From Spirogloea muscicola (lineage: Eukaryota), in the NCBI GenBank assembly GCA_009602725.1, contig WELB01000010.1, positions 148,381-189,949 on the forward strand: a stretch of 41,569 bases of DNA, read 5' to 3'. Positions 22,321 to 34,237 of the stretch are shown in pieces (positions within the stretch are counted from its first letter, which is position 1; every line of letters begins with the position of its first letter). The notes beneath the pieces are model-generated. The model had not been told where the DNA came from. It searched no databases and saw nothing but the letters and a program-made list of their open reading frames with translations. The translations under genes and the position numbers were made by a program.

Positions 22321-23290
22321 AGAATAGGGGCTGGAAAAGCCAGCCCAAAAAAGAATAAACAGAGTACGAGAAGGGGGCCAGGGGCAGCTCTAAGAAAAAC
22401 AAGCACACAGAGAAACAAAGCAGCTACGAATCACTTAGTAACCTCTGCTAAGCAGCCGCAGCGAAAGCTGCATTCTGTAAAGTACAACTAATGCCTGCGG
22501 AATGCTGGTGTGACCCAAGCTGCCCCTCCGACTTTGGCGACGCTTGTCAACCAGCCGGGCCAGATGCTGGATGAGGGAGGACCACTTCATGCCGTAGCCT
22601 CCATGGATATCAATGGCACATGGATAGAGGTTGTCTCCGTGGGGAGCTTCGCGCTGGTCGTGGCCCAGCCAGACACAGTTGACGTGGGTGCTACAAGGTC
22701 TGTGACGCAGAAAAAGTAGCTCTTCCGAAGGGGCGGAGGGCTGAGAAAAGCCAGCCCACAAAAAATGAAGTGTCCACGGGATCCGGAACATCCGAAGGGA
22801 GCAAAGGCTGTGAGAAGCCAGCCCGGAAGAAAGAAAGAGCTCCTTCAGCCCGGAAGAAAGAAAGAGCCCTTTTAATGTTAGGCAATGGCTGTGAGAGCCA
22901 AAAGAACTATACTGGATTAAGCTTCTCCGAAAAAGGGGCGGGCCTGTGAAAAGCCAGCCCAGAAGCGATGGACAAAGAAGCAAGGACTCTTCCAGTAGCG
23001 GGCGATGGCGTTGATTGGCCAGCCCAGAAAATAAAACGAACAAAGACCGAAGGGGCACAAAAACGTGAAAGCACACAGCGACTCAAGTTGCCACTGGGTG
23101 CTCAATATCCCCAGTGTACAAGGTCCAAGGGACAAGGGCCGGAAGAAGCCCCTTGGCCCTTCTGAAGAAGTGGCTCCTCCAATGGGGGCAGGGACTGTGA
23201 AAAGCCAGCCCGAAATGAGTTGACAAAGGTACGAAGGGGCCAAATGACGGAGGGGCCTAAAGCGCTAAGCAGCTACGGAGGGGCCTGAAG
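22321..23290 (-). repeat. Same-strand stack of short retrotransposon 3' ends from several families
   Basis: E tip at 22321-22460 and G fragment at 22470-22690. Hairpin cores follow at ~22739, 22806, 22887, 22941, 23006 and 23191 (read as ggctg..aagccagccc on +). Confidence 0.7.
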
Positions 23291-23299
23291 ATGCTATGT

Positions 23300-23815
23300 C
23301 AGAACGGGGGAGAATGGACCATTCAGTAGATACGAGTACGGAGCCTCAAAACCGACAGACTAGCTGCCAGAAAACTATCCTCCTGACGAAAGCCGGAGGC
23401 CGCAGCGAGAGCACGGCCAGCACGCAGGTGCAAGGCGCACGGACCGCTGAAGGGAGACGGACAATCGCATACGATATACCTGAGCCCACGAGCCAGCGGC
23501 GTTGAAGTCAGCCGGCTCACCACGCCTGCGGGACACAGCGCGCCGCGCGAGCCTGGCCAGCAGGTCGAGCCACTGGGACCTGAGAGCCCCGTGCACGTCC
23601 ACGGCCAGGGGTATGAACTCGTCGCCAGCCGGGTGGTCAGAGTGTTTGGCCGCCTTGCTGCGAGCGACCTCCGCCGCAGCGTGGCCAGCCCGCGAGGCAG
23701 AGAGCCCCGGGTTGGAGCGGTCGACCACATCAGTGGTGACCACATCAACAATGATGCGCGCGCCGCCGCCCGGCGTGGACGCCACCAGGTCGACGCGTCG
23801 CGTGTGGAGTCCGTC
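23300..23815 (-). mobile_element. Endonuclease region and 3' end of another CRE-like family (H)
   Basis: DGLHTRRVDLVASTPGGGARIIVDVVTTD...RSKAAKHSDHPAGDEFIPLAVDVHGAL...QVYRMRLSVSLQRS. Confidence 0.8.
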
Positions 23816-23864
23816 GGCCCTTCGAACTTCGTTGACTCTTTTTTCTGGGCTGGCCTCTCCCAGC

Positions 23865-24920
23865 CACCGCCCTCTCCTGCGCTGGCCCAAGCACCGGACA
23901 AAGCGGCACCGGCCAGACTCGTTGCTGCAGTTGAGGACGAGCGTCGCAAGGCGTTGAGGACGATGCCGGATATCAAGGATAATTCAAGGAGTCTGGCACG
24001 TCTCACATCGCTCGCAACGCCTGGGGCAACGGATTGGCTCACCACACACGCAATCCACAACGCTTCAAAATCAGCCCCGAAGCATTTCGGACGCTTCTCC
24101 AGCTGTCCTGGGCCTGCCTCCGACCTGCCTGATTGGAGTAACTCAGTGTGAGTGTGGCTTCCGTGTGGAGGGCAGAAACCTAGCCACCCACATGCTGCGG
24201 TGTCCCACAGGCCCTGAGGTGGTGGGGTCCACAATCTCCTACAAGACGCCCTATAGGGCTCGATGCGCGACGCCGGCTACCGCGCCATTGTCGAAGTAAG
24301 CAATGTCATGCCCATCACCACGGATTCCCAGTCGCCATCACGGTCGCACCCTGGACATTGTGGGTGTACAACCTGGCGGAGGCCCACGAGCCTTGGTGGA
24401 TGTGGTGGTGACCGAGGCATGCAAGAGTATCCGCTTCCACACACATGGCTGGCCACGCAGTGGGAGGTGCTGAGCAGAGAAAGCTCCGACACTACTCTGA
24501 CTACCCCCGCAACGACCACCTTCTCCCGGCCGCAACTGACACTTTCGGCTGCTTGGGTCCTCGCTTCCATACCCTACTTGAGAACATAGCGAGTCTAGGA
24601 TATGCACGACGCGAGGATATGCTTCCAGCCCAGATGGGTGTGCCGGCAGCCTGTCTGTCATTTTTGCGACGTCGAGTGTCAGCTTGTCTGCAGCGAGCTC
24701 AGGCTCATGCGTTGCATCAGAAAGCTGGTCGAGCCTTGGCTGTTAGTTCAAGAGCTTGTCGATTGCCGTCCGGTATTCGAGCATCAATTAGCGACCTCTA
24801 CGTGCTGACTCGTGGTTACTGAGCGGGTCAGCTTAGAAGCAGGTGACATACATTTGTCAATGTGCTTGCCTGTGTACTTGGCCACACATGGCCTCCCCAT
24901 CTCTTAACACACACGTTCTC
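23865..24920 (+). mobile_element. 5'-truncated family C copy
   Basis: Near-identical to 11965-13020 (ALAQAPDKAA.ARLVAAVEDER...CECG..THMLRC...LYVLTRGY* plus UTR), with several frameshifts. Confidence 0.88.
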
Positions 24921-26004
24921 CTGGAAGCGTCTTTCTTCTTCGAAGAACAAGTCAGCCAAGTCAGCCAGCCACCAGTGGCCTTACGAGCCATCGTCAATTC
25001 TTTTCGGGCTGGCTTCTCACAGCCCTTGCCCCCATTGGGAGCCACTTTTCTTCCGAGCACTCGAGCTTTCGACTGCTCGCTAGGCAAATGGAGTGTGTTT
25101 CGCTAGGGCATATTGAGCACCCAACGGCCACTTTAGCCGCCATTCGTTTTGCCCTTTTCTGGCCCCTTCGGATGTGGTTCGTCATGTCTGGGCTGGCCAT
25201 CACAGCCATCGCCCATCTACTGTAAGCACGTCCCAGTCCAACCCGCTGCCGCGGGCGCGGGCGTCGAGCCGCCGCGGACGCCAGCGTCCGGCCCGCGGAA
25301 AGGGGGAAGGGTTGGCCACCACGAGGTGGTCGCAGCTAGTCGCGCAATACTCCTCCCGCGAGCGACGTCCTTTTGCGCCCGCTGCGCCACGTGGCGCCGC
25401 GCAGGGTGGCGCGCCCTGGGCACGCACCGGCACGTGCCCGCCACGCAGCAGGTGGCGCCCAGGATAAATTCCGACAAGAAACAAATGTAGGCCAAATGGC
25501 CAAGTACAAAGGCAAGCACATCTAAAGATCTACATAAGGGCGGGCGGCTCCACCGTATCAAAAGGGAATTATGTCTTCTGGCATTCTACATAAGTAATTT
25601 TGGCTTGCAACGTTTACAGCTGGTTATCCGATGGACACATGTTCACCAGCGGCCACTCCAAGACTCGTCATTGCCCTCCGACATTTGCCTTATAAGCCAC
25701 GAAGCTCTTATTGCAATGACCATGATAGGGTTCATAAGGGAACATGAAGGAATCAATAAGTCACTCTGACGAATTTAAATGCCCGCCCCCACCGCCCGTT
25801 TACGCGTCGCCCCGATTGCGGAGCGAGAAAGCGCTTTTCTGGATATGTTCGTCTTTCCAGGCGGGCCAATCAAAGCTAGCGCCCTCTTCTGGAAGAGTCT
25901 TTCACCGCAGAAGAAGCTGTTCCACAGGGAGCGGGCGGTGACTGTGAAGAGGTAAGTTCTTCCCACGAGAGGGCGATGATTGTGTGACCAGGTAGGTCAT
26001 GAAA

Positions 26005-26266
26005 AAGAAGAAGGTGCTCGCCCATTGAGAAGAGGGGCTGGCAAAGCCAACCCAAAAAGAATGGACAATGTTCAAGGCCAAAGAAAGAGGTGCTGAAAAA
26101 GGACGACACTACAAAGTGCAAGATGGTGCAGAGGGAGATGCAGATGGCTGCTCAGTATCCACGTGTGAGCAACAGCAGATCAGAGTAACTCGGAGCAGGA
26201 GAAGCGGCACTTTGCCGAGACCCGGAAGCAGCTGCCATAGCACGGCCAGCCCGCGCGTGGACCGCA
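26005..26266 (-). mobile_element. Family F-type 3' end
   Basis: The reverse complement matches 39395-39630 (cacgcgcgggctggccgtgctatggcagctgc...tactgagc...cattgtccattcttttttgggttggctttgccagcccc). Confidence 0.75.
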
Positions 26267-27710
26267 TGAAAAAGGACGGACAGGATTCAGTGGGGAGGGA
26301 GTCCTAACACAGAAGCGCAAATCATCGGCCGAGAAGCCGTTCGTAGAAACAAGGGGACCCAATGTCAACAGCGACAAATTCGCTAGACAAGAGGGGTAGT
26401 CTTCCAAGAAAAAGCTGGAAGAGCTGCTTCTTCTTTCCAAGGGGTCGAGCGCGGTGACAAAGGAATGGAAGATATTCAGCCCACAAAAGAATGACAAGGT
26501 CCAAATGTTGCAGAAAATCGAAAGTTTCTGGCGCACCGCCTGTAATGAGAAAAGAATTAGCTCTGCCCGTGTAAGGCCGGTAGCTCTAGACCGTAGGCTC
26601 GCAAAATCCCGGAAGATGTGAAAGTACCGGTCCGGCCTCAGCCTGCTACGCGGGGCTGAGAGCGCCGACCCCGTGCCTGGCGGCACGTCTGCCGGAAAGT
26701 TACCGGCGCGGGGGCGCCCCGCCGGTCGCGCCTCGTCGTCCCGTGATCAAGCTCTTCCTCTCTCTGAGAGGAAGACCTTGTCCAATCCTTTGGGCTGGCC
26801 TCTCACAGCCACTAGTCAGTCTGCCGCGCTTTTTCTGAGAACCCAGTCCACGGCTGTTGATACTCTTCCCGAGTAGCAGTGAGCACTTTCAGACAAGAAA
26901 GTGCTCTCCCATATTTCATCATAGAAGCGAGAGGGGGCGGGGGCTGTGAAATACCAGCCCAGAAAGATCGAACAAGGTCCAAACAGCAGCTCGTCCAATT
27001 CAAGGCAGTGGCTGGGAAAGGCCAGCCCAAAACGAATGGACAAGGTCTTGTCACGAGAACCTAGACCATGGCCGTGTAGGCGCTAAGTGCCAGAGGAAAG
27101 GCAGCTCCGTGTAGACTTTAAATGGTCACAGCAGTCCCGGATCTTCGAACCAGCCGCAATGTATCTCGAGTGGTGGATGGCAGGTGACATGAGAACATGG
27201 GGATATGTTCGCCGCCTGTCGGGGAGCTAGCGGGGCGCGGCGCCGGCCGTCAAGCCCGCGGCCCCTCGTCGGGCGCACGCTGCTTTGAAACGCCCCACGC
27301 CGGGCCCGCGGCCCGCTCGCGGGCGGGGCCGCGCCGCCAGCGGCCCCTCTCTCCCTCCCTCCGCAGGCGAGGCTTCTGGTAAGCTCATTGATTCATCGTG
27401 GGCAATGCGGCTGCGCCCAATCCCCCACATCCTCCCTCCTCCCGCCTCCACTGAAGGGCCCCCCCGGCGTGACCACGGCNGCGACGGCTGACGGCAGCTG
27501 CACCGGCGCGCCGGGGCAGATGGCGGCCGCGCCCGTCTAGCCGATGCCCTCCGCCGTCTCGCTGGGGCGGGCGGAAGCTCGCTCGGCGGTCCCGCGTGTG
27601 CGCGGCTCGGAGGCTCCTCTCTCCCATTGCAGCAGCGCCAGGGGCCCGCGTTCGCAGCGGCAGGGCGCGGGGACTGGAGGCCACTCGGCGTGCTCTGCTC
27701 CGCCGTACCC

Positions 27711-30700
27711 ATGAGTCACGCGCTGAAGGTACGTGGGGCGACGTCTACTCCACACTCGCTCGCAAGCCATGTATGAGACCAGAGAGCGCCTGGCTGCCTC
27801 CTTGCAGGCTCTCCTCTCTTTACACCCGCCAGTCCCCCGCTCTCTCTCTCGCTCTAACCTCCATGCCACGTCCCCCGCTACCTCGTCCATTACTCCATCA
27901 ATTCTCCTCCCTCTTCCCTCCCTGTCCCCACCTCTTTCTCTCCATCCTAAGTCAAATGCAGGAGTTTATTGATGCTATGTGGCCAATTGAGCGGCGCTCG
28001 CAGGCGTGGGAATGGGACAGCCCCTTGTTCATCGCCCATGCGCCCGCCAATGGCGCCGAGGAGGCCGCCAGGAGGCAGGCAAGGCTTGCAACGCCAGTCG
28101 CTCGATCTGGAGTTCCCGCGAAAGCTGGGCTGCCTTATCAGCTTCGCTGCTGCACATGCCGACTTGCTTGCTTTGCGGACTTGGCTCACACCGCAATGTG
28201 CTGCCATTGTCTTGGCAGCAAACCCGCATGAGCGTTGTGGGTGATTCTGCTGCCGGCCCAGCCGCAGCCAGGGGCCCATTTGCTGGAGGCGCTGCTGCCG
28301 CTGCCGATGACGACAATGGCGAAGAATCGCTGTCGCCTGGCCCGGCGGCAGCAACTGACGCACAGCCGCTGAGCCAAGGCCCAAAGCAGAGCGCAGCGGC
28401 GGCTGCCGGCGGCGCCGGCGGCGAACCCACTGCAGAGGAGGGTGTCGACAGCCCGCACGTGCGGGAGCAGATCAAGAGGCTCAAGGAGACCGCTGTAAGC
28501 AAGCGAGTACGGCCGGGATCGCCGACGCGCGCAGCATGTCAGGTGGACGGCTGCGCCGCGGACCTGAGCAGCGCCAAGGAGTACCACCGGCGGCACAAGG
28601 TCTGCGAGGTGCACGCCAAGGCCACGACGGTGCTCGTCGTCAGCCAGGTGCAGCGCTTCTGCCAGCAGTGCAGCAGGTCAGCATCCATGCCCCCCTTCTC
28701 TGCTCCCGCCTCTATCTGCCGACTGCCGCACCCACCCACCTGAGCATGGCCCGCTGCATGCTGTGACGCTGCTGCCGCAGGTTCCACATGCTTTGGGAGT
28801 TTGATGAAGGCAAGCGCAGCTGCCGCCGGCGGCTGCTCGGCCACAACCGGCGGCGCCGCAAGCCCAAGGGGCAGGCCCTGGGGGCGACCAGCAGCGCCCC
28901 CCAGAGCAAAGGTGCCCTCGCTACCCCTGCCTGCAAATGAAGTCAAGGGACGAGCTCGCTGCGGCCATTGCGGCAGCGAGTAGTATAATCTGAGAGCAGT
29001 GGCCGCCAAGGGCAAGCTTTGAGCCGAAATTCATAAGCAGAGCCGTCGCATGCTGGGTCCCATTGCAGGTGACCAGCTCAATTTGTTCCCAGGGCAGGCT
29101 CAGTTCCCGCCGGTGCGTCTGAAGGACCTGGAGGACGCCGGCGGGCGGCCGCAGAACTTTGCCAGCGAGAAGGACGATGGCGTGGCACCGGCAGCAACGG
29201 CGGCGGCGGGCGGCAGCGGCAGCGGCTCTAAGCTGGAGTCGGAGTCGCTGCTGCGAGCGCTTTCGCGGCCTGTGCCGGATCGCCTCGGGCTGTACCTCCA
29301 CAGCCAACAAAAGGGCGACGGCCTGGCGGCCGCCAGGTCTTTGAGCCGTGTCCACGTTACCTGCAGCTTCGACTCTCAACTGTGATCTTGGGTCCACGCT
29401 GACCTCGCCTGTGGACGCACTGTCCAGCGCTGGACAAGCTCAACTTAGGACTCCATGCGGCAGCGCCCGAGCTGATGCGCCGTCGCTTGTGTGTGCAGCT
29501 ATTCGGCCGCTGATGGAGGAGCGAGCCAGCAGCAGCAGCTGCATGACGAGGCGGCGCCGGGGTGGGCACTGTCGCTGGCCGGCCCGTCGACCTCAGGCGG
29601 CGGCGCTTACCGGCATCCGGGTGCCGCTCAGCTGCCCCTCAACGGCATGGGCGCGCCGCATGCCCCGCACGGCACCGGCCACGGGCCGCCGTTTGCCGAG
29701 CCGGACCCGCGCAGCATCTTCCTGCCGAGCCAGCTGTCGGGCTTGCAGCCAGCGTATGTGAAAGGCGGTGGCGATGGCCTGCCGCCGGCACCGTCATCGC
29801 AGGCTCTCACCGGCATGCAGCTGTTCCCCCCAGCACAGAGCCAGAGCCACAGCCAGAGTCAGAGCCAAGGCCAGGAGCTGCCCCTGCCAGCCGGCGGCAG
29901 CACCGATGCTGGGCTCCTGCAGGGACAGATGCTCGGCCAGCTGTTGAGGCGGCCCGAGCTCGACAACCACCAGATTGCGGAGCTCTTGTCGCACTCCTCT
30001 GAGGGCCGGGCACTGCTTGCTGCAATCCAGGTCAGAATCCGCCCTGGGGAACCGCATGCCCTCGATGTGCAGGACCCAATCGGCACTATTGAGCAGTTCC
30101 TACTTGCCATTCATGCGGATGCCATTGAGTATGGTGGCCGTGCTCTTTGAGACGCGCAACTATTTCCAAGGGCAATGTGACGATTGTTTGCTTTCTTGGA
30201 CATCTCAGGCCAAGGATCGGCATCTGGAGATGGGGGCCTTGCTGCCGCATAAGCAGCAACAAGTGCTGGGGCCGTCTTCAGGCTGGCCTGCGCAGCCGCC
30301 TTTCTCAGCCCACTCTGCCGCAACACACAAGCAGCCAGCGGAGGCCTACCGTTTCCCGGTCAGTCGACCCCTTGGCTGAGTCCTTGGGGCCCACACAGGC
30401 TGTCTAGTTGACACTTGGCCTGTGTTTAAGCTGCCGCTGCTGCATGAAGCACCTCAGTTCCACCAACTAACGGATCCTTCCATCCGCTCTGTAGCTTCAG
30501 CGGACCTCGCGCATCTCTCTCAAGCTTTTCGAGAAGAACCCGGAGGACCTTCCCGTGAATCTGCGCAACCAGGTGGGCGGCAGCTTCGGCCTGTACTGAC
30601 TGATCGGGGCTATTGACAAGTCCCGCACTCGCCACGCCGTTTGTTTGAGGCCCTGCTGTCCTCTTGCTTGCAGATTGTGGAGTGGCTGGCTACAAGCCCG

Positions 30701-33700
30701 CAGGACTTGGAGAGCTACATCCGCCCGGGGTGCCTCTTGCTGACCATCTATGCTGGCCTGCCCAAGCAACGGTGGGATGAGGTCAGTGGCAGCCTTGCGA
30801 TCATGTGACAGTGCTCTCAGCGCTCAAAGAATTGACCGTCACAGAAAGGCCAACAGATTTTTAAGACCGTGTGCTTGTGAGTCCGCTACCTCTTGCAGTT
30901 GCAAATCGATATAGAGTTCAGTCTCCAGCGACTGCTGGATGCTGAGGGCTCTGCACATTGGCTCCATGAGAAATTACTCTGTCAAGTGGACAGGCACCTG
31001 GCCTCTGCATGCTGTGGTGAGAACTTGTTCGTCGCATCTTGGGGACTGAGCAGAAGTGTCAAGCACCTCGGCTGGCATCACAAAAGGGGACAAGTAGTGG
31101 CACAGGTGTTGCAGGAGGCAGCATGTGCATGTCTTGGGCATGCTGCCAAATTTGCAAGACCTCATTGGTCAGAGTCATCTCTGAGTTCGTGGTCACCACA
31201 ATTGCAGCGAGGTTGTGGACTGATCAACTAGTTGAGACATGTCTGCATTATCCTTTTTAAAGTATTGCGAGAAGCTCTCCGTCTTAAGCATGCTCACAGG
31301 TCGTCTGGTGCGCCTCTCGTAAACTCTGAGACCCGAAATCAAACTCTAGACTGGGCTTGTTGATGATACTTTTCCTCATCCCCCCTGCAGGCAAGCTTGA
31401 ATCAGTCACACCCCTGGAGCAAAACGACACGCCGTATATCTCAAGAATACGACCCCTGGCCATCTGTCCAGGCGAAGAGACGGAGTTCACAATTGTGGGT
31501 TACAACCTGTCCCTCCCCGGCTCAAGGTTAGTAAGAACGACTGATTGACAGATGTGGCACATTTGTCACAGCCTAATTAGAAAGGTCAACAAGCTCAATG
31601 CAGTTGCAAAGAAATTCGGAACGAGTATCTAGGAGCTACTTTCTGTGTTTATGTACGAGTGTGCCCAAGCAGACCTGCTGTCATGGTCTAATCATGGCCT
31701 CAATTTCTTGGTAACACAGGGTGCTCCTCGCGTATCAAGGTGGCTATGTCTGTGCCAATGTAGGAGGCCCTCAAGAGCTGCCAGAAGCCAAAGAGGGTCC
31801 TAGCTGGGATGATGATGGGGCAGGTGAAGACGATGAGCCTGAAGACGCAGCCATCTCTAAGCAGTGCCTCCGGCTTCGCCTGCCGCCAGAGTCTGCACAT
31901 GGTCGAGCATTCATCGAGGTAAAGAGCGAGCTTCCAAAGCCATGTTTGTTTGGACTGTTTCTCCTGATTGCTGGATGTTAGTAGTACAACTTGTAAAATA
32001 AGCTCTGCTGACAAATAACCACAGTATCATGGTTGGCTAGTCGTGTCTGCAAATTGCATTCATGAACTTCCTTCTCTTACCAGACTACCGTTCTATAGCA
32101 AATATCCTCAGCACACTCAACTTACTGCCAGATGCGCACTAGACATCGGTTACTCTGTAGCTCCATAGCTGAATGACATTGTTTGCTTCTTGAGCATCAG
32201 GTAGAGAATGGAGCTGGTGGGAGCAATGCCTGCCCTCTTCTGGTGGTCAGCTCCGGAGCACGGTTTGAGCTCCGGGAGCTTGAGCAGGTCATCGCCATGG
32301 CCGGCTTAGCTGCTGAGGAAGATGGGCAGCGGCAGAACTTGCCGCTTTACCTGTGCAAAGCATTGCACCAAGAAGCCATGAATTTGATGGAAGCTGAGGT
32401 TAGCAGCAGTGACCATACACTCGTGTATGCAAGGAGGCAGCTGCGTGTCGTTACAGACACTGCAAAAATCAATTACATATGTATCACTACAGATACTACA
32501 CATACATGAGAAGGCCTTGTACATATGCATAATGAAGAATGACAAAGTGAATTGCACGTACACAGAGACTTGTGTCATCGATCATGTCACATGTTAACAC
32601 AGCTAAGTTGACCAGTGGGGTCTTGACTTCCGCATAACAGGTGCTCATCTAATGTGCCCGTGGCCTGTGCATTTCAAGACTAACTTGGCTGTGTTCTGCC
32701 CCTTTGCTCTGTGGCGCCGCAGTCTACAGCTTTCTTGAATGACCTTGGCTGGGTGCTTCAGAAGGCGACTTGGTTCACGCAGCGGATGGGCCGCGGTGTG
32801 TCCATAACGGGCCATGTAAGTCTCTAGCAGCCACTGTGCTCGCCTCTTTGTTTGTTGATGAGAAAGTGGTACTTGTGTGGATCTCTGCTGATTGTTAGCG
32901 AGCAAGGGCACCACTGCATTCAGATGTGCATGTTGCAGCTTGGCACTGCATGCAGTCCTGTTCTTATTCATAGGCCTTCTCTAACAGTGCTACCTGTATC
33001 GACAGTACCCGGCTGGCAGCCCATTTGCAGTGCCCGAGAGGCAAGTGAAGCGATTGCTGGACTATGCGGCCCAGCGAGGTTGGCGCCACGTTTTTCAGGC
33101 CGTTGAAAGCGCAGCAAGGGTGGTCATGGTGGCAGATCACAGTGCACCCAGCCTCACAGCTTCTCCTGGCTTTGTTGTGGACCCAGGCAGCCAATCACTA
33201 GGCTGGCCCTTGGGTGCAGCACGGCATGAGGATTGGTCAGGTGCAAGCAAACCAAGCAACGTGACGCTGGAGATGAGCTCCACGCTGGACTGGGTGTCTG
33301 CAGAAGCCCGTGGCAGGGCAGCCGCTGCTGCAGAAGTGGGCACCGCAGCTAGGGGCCCAGGGCTTCTGTCAATAGCCACGGTGCTGCTTGATGCTGCACT
33401 GAGCAGGCCACGAAATGTCCAGCTGCCTGAGGGGGGGGTCGGACTTCTGAATGGCGGCCAGTGCAAGGATGGCAACATCGTCGTAGAGGAGGGTGGCGTT
33501 ACCACGCAGCCAGGTCATACGATGGTGTTGGAAAAGCATGCTGCGCCTCAAGCACAGGCTAGGCATGCATTAGGCCGACGGCGGCCACTGCTGATCCTCA
33601 CCGCGGCTGTGGCATCCGTGTGCTCCATCCTCTGCATCATGCTGCTCGACATCCCTGGCTGGTTCTGTATCGACTGTGATGTTGACGCTTCTGCCTTCTA

Positions 33701-33701
33701 G
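27711..33701 (+). CDS. SPL: SQUAMOSA promoter-binding-like (SBP-box) transcription factor, long SPL1/12/14/16 type, 15 predicted exons
   Basis: Phase-consistent exons: 27711-27728, 27962-28078, 28219-28676, 28781-28911, 29069-29336, 29499-30030, 30209-30358, 30495-30572, 30674-30781, 30899-31016, 31391-31526, 31720-31918, 32201-32398, 32723-32815, 33006-33701. SBP domain CQVDGC...[11 protein letters not shown]...[10 protein letters not shown]...[21 protein letters not shown]. Other motifs are [41 protein letters not shown] and a C-terminal hydrophobic helix. The first micro-exon and last acceptor are less certain. Confidence 0.9.
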
Positions 33702-34237
33702 ACTTCTGAGCCAACATCCGCTCCGAGTCCTCCCGTTACTGCTCCCTCTGCCCGCCCAATTAGTGGGTGCAAGGAGGGTGCAGGGATTTTTGCAGTCTGA
33801 GAACTGCGTACCACATCCATAACCAGCGCGCGTTCTGGTGGCGCTGCTGATGCCCTCATGACTGAGGCTGCGTATACGGACCGTGCATGGTCAGCGGCAG
33901 CCCTGTGAACACCCAGACTGTTGCTCTTGGCGTGCATCTAAGCTTTGAAGCGTGAGGGTTGTGCAGGGACTCAATTAACTTGCAGTCCTACGGTCCAGAC
34001 AAAGCTCTACCTGAGTCTAGCTGCTAGCACAAACTGAGCAGATGAGCCCGCCAGCCGTGCAACTCAACTCACTGTTGCACAGCAGGACGCATTGGGCTGC
34101 TTGCTGCTTGGCCCGCTCTGCTAATGATGATGACAGCAGTAGACCTGTCGCCCTGCCACTGCCTACTTCCAAAGACATGAGTTAATAAGTGTCTCCACGC
34201 GACGCATTGGAGTAGAGCATGCCTGCACGAGTTTCGG

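Noticed and set aside
22700..23250. CRISPR array interpretation of the recurring GGGCTGGC..CAGCCC palindrome
   Set aside because: The repeats are degenerate and irregularly spaced, match retrotransposon 3' UTRs, and lie in eukaryotic DNA with no cas genes.
25545..25780. Relatively AT-rich stretch as a second organellar insert
   Set aside because: No recognisable organellar gene or RNA sequence by eye.
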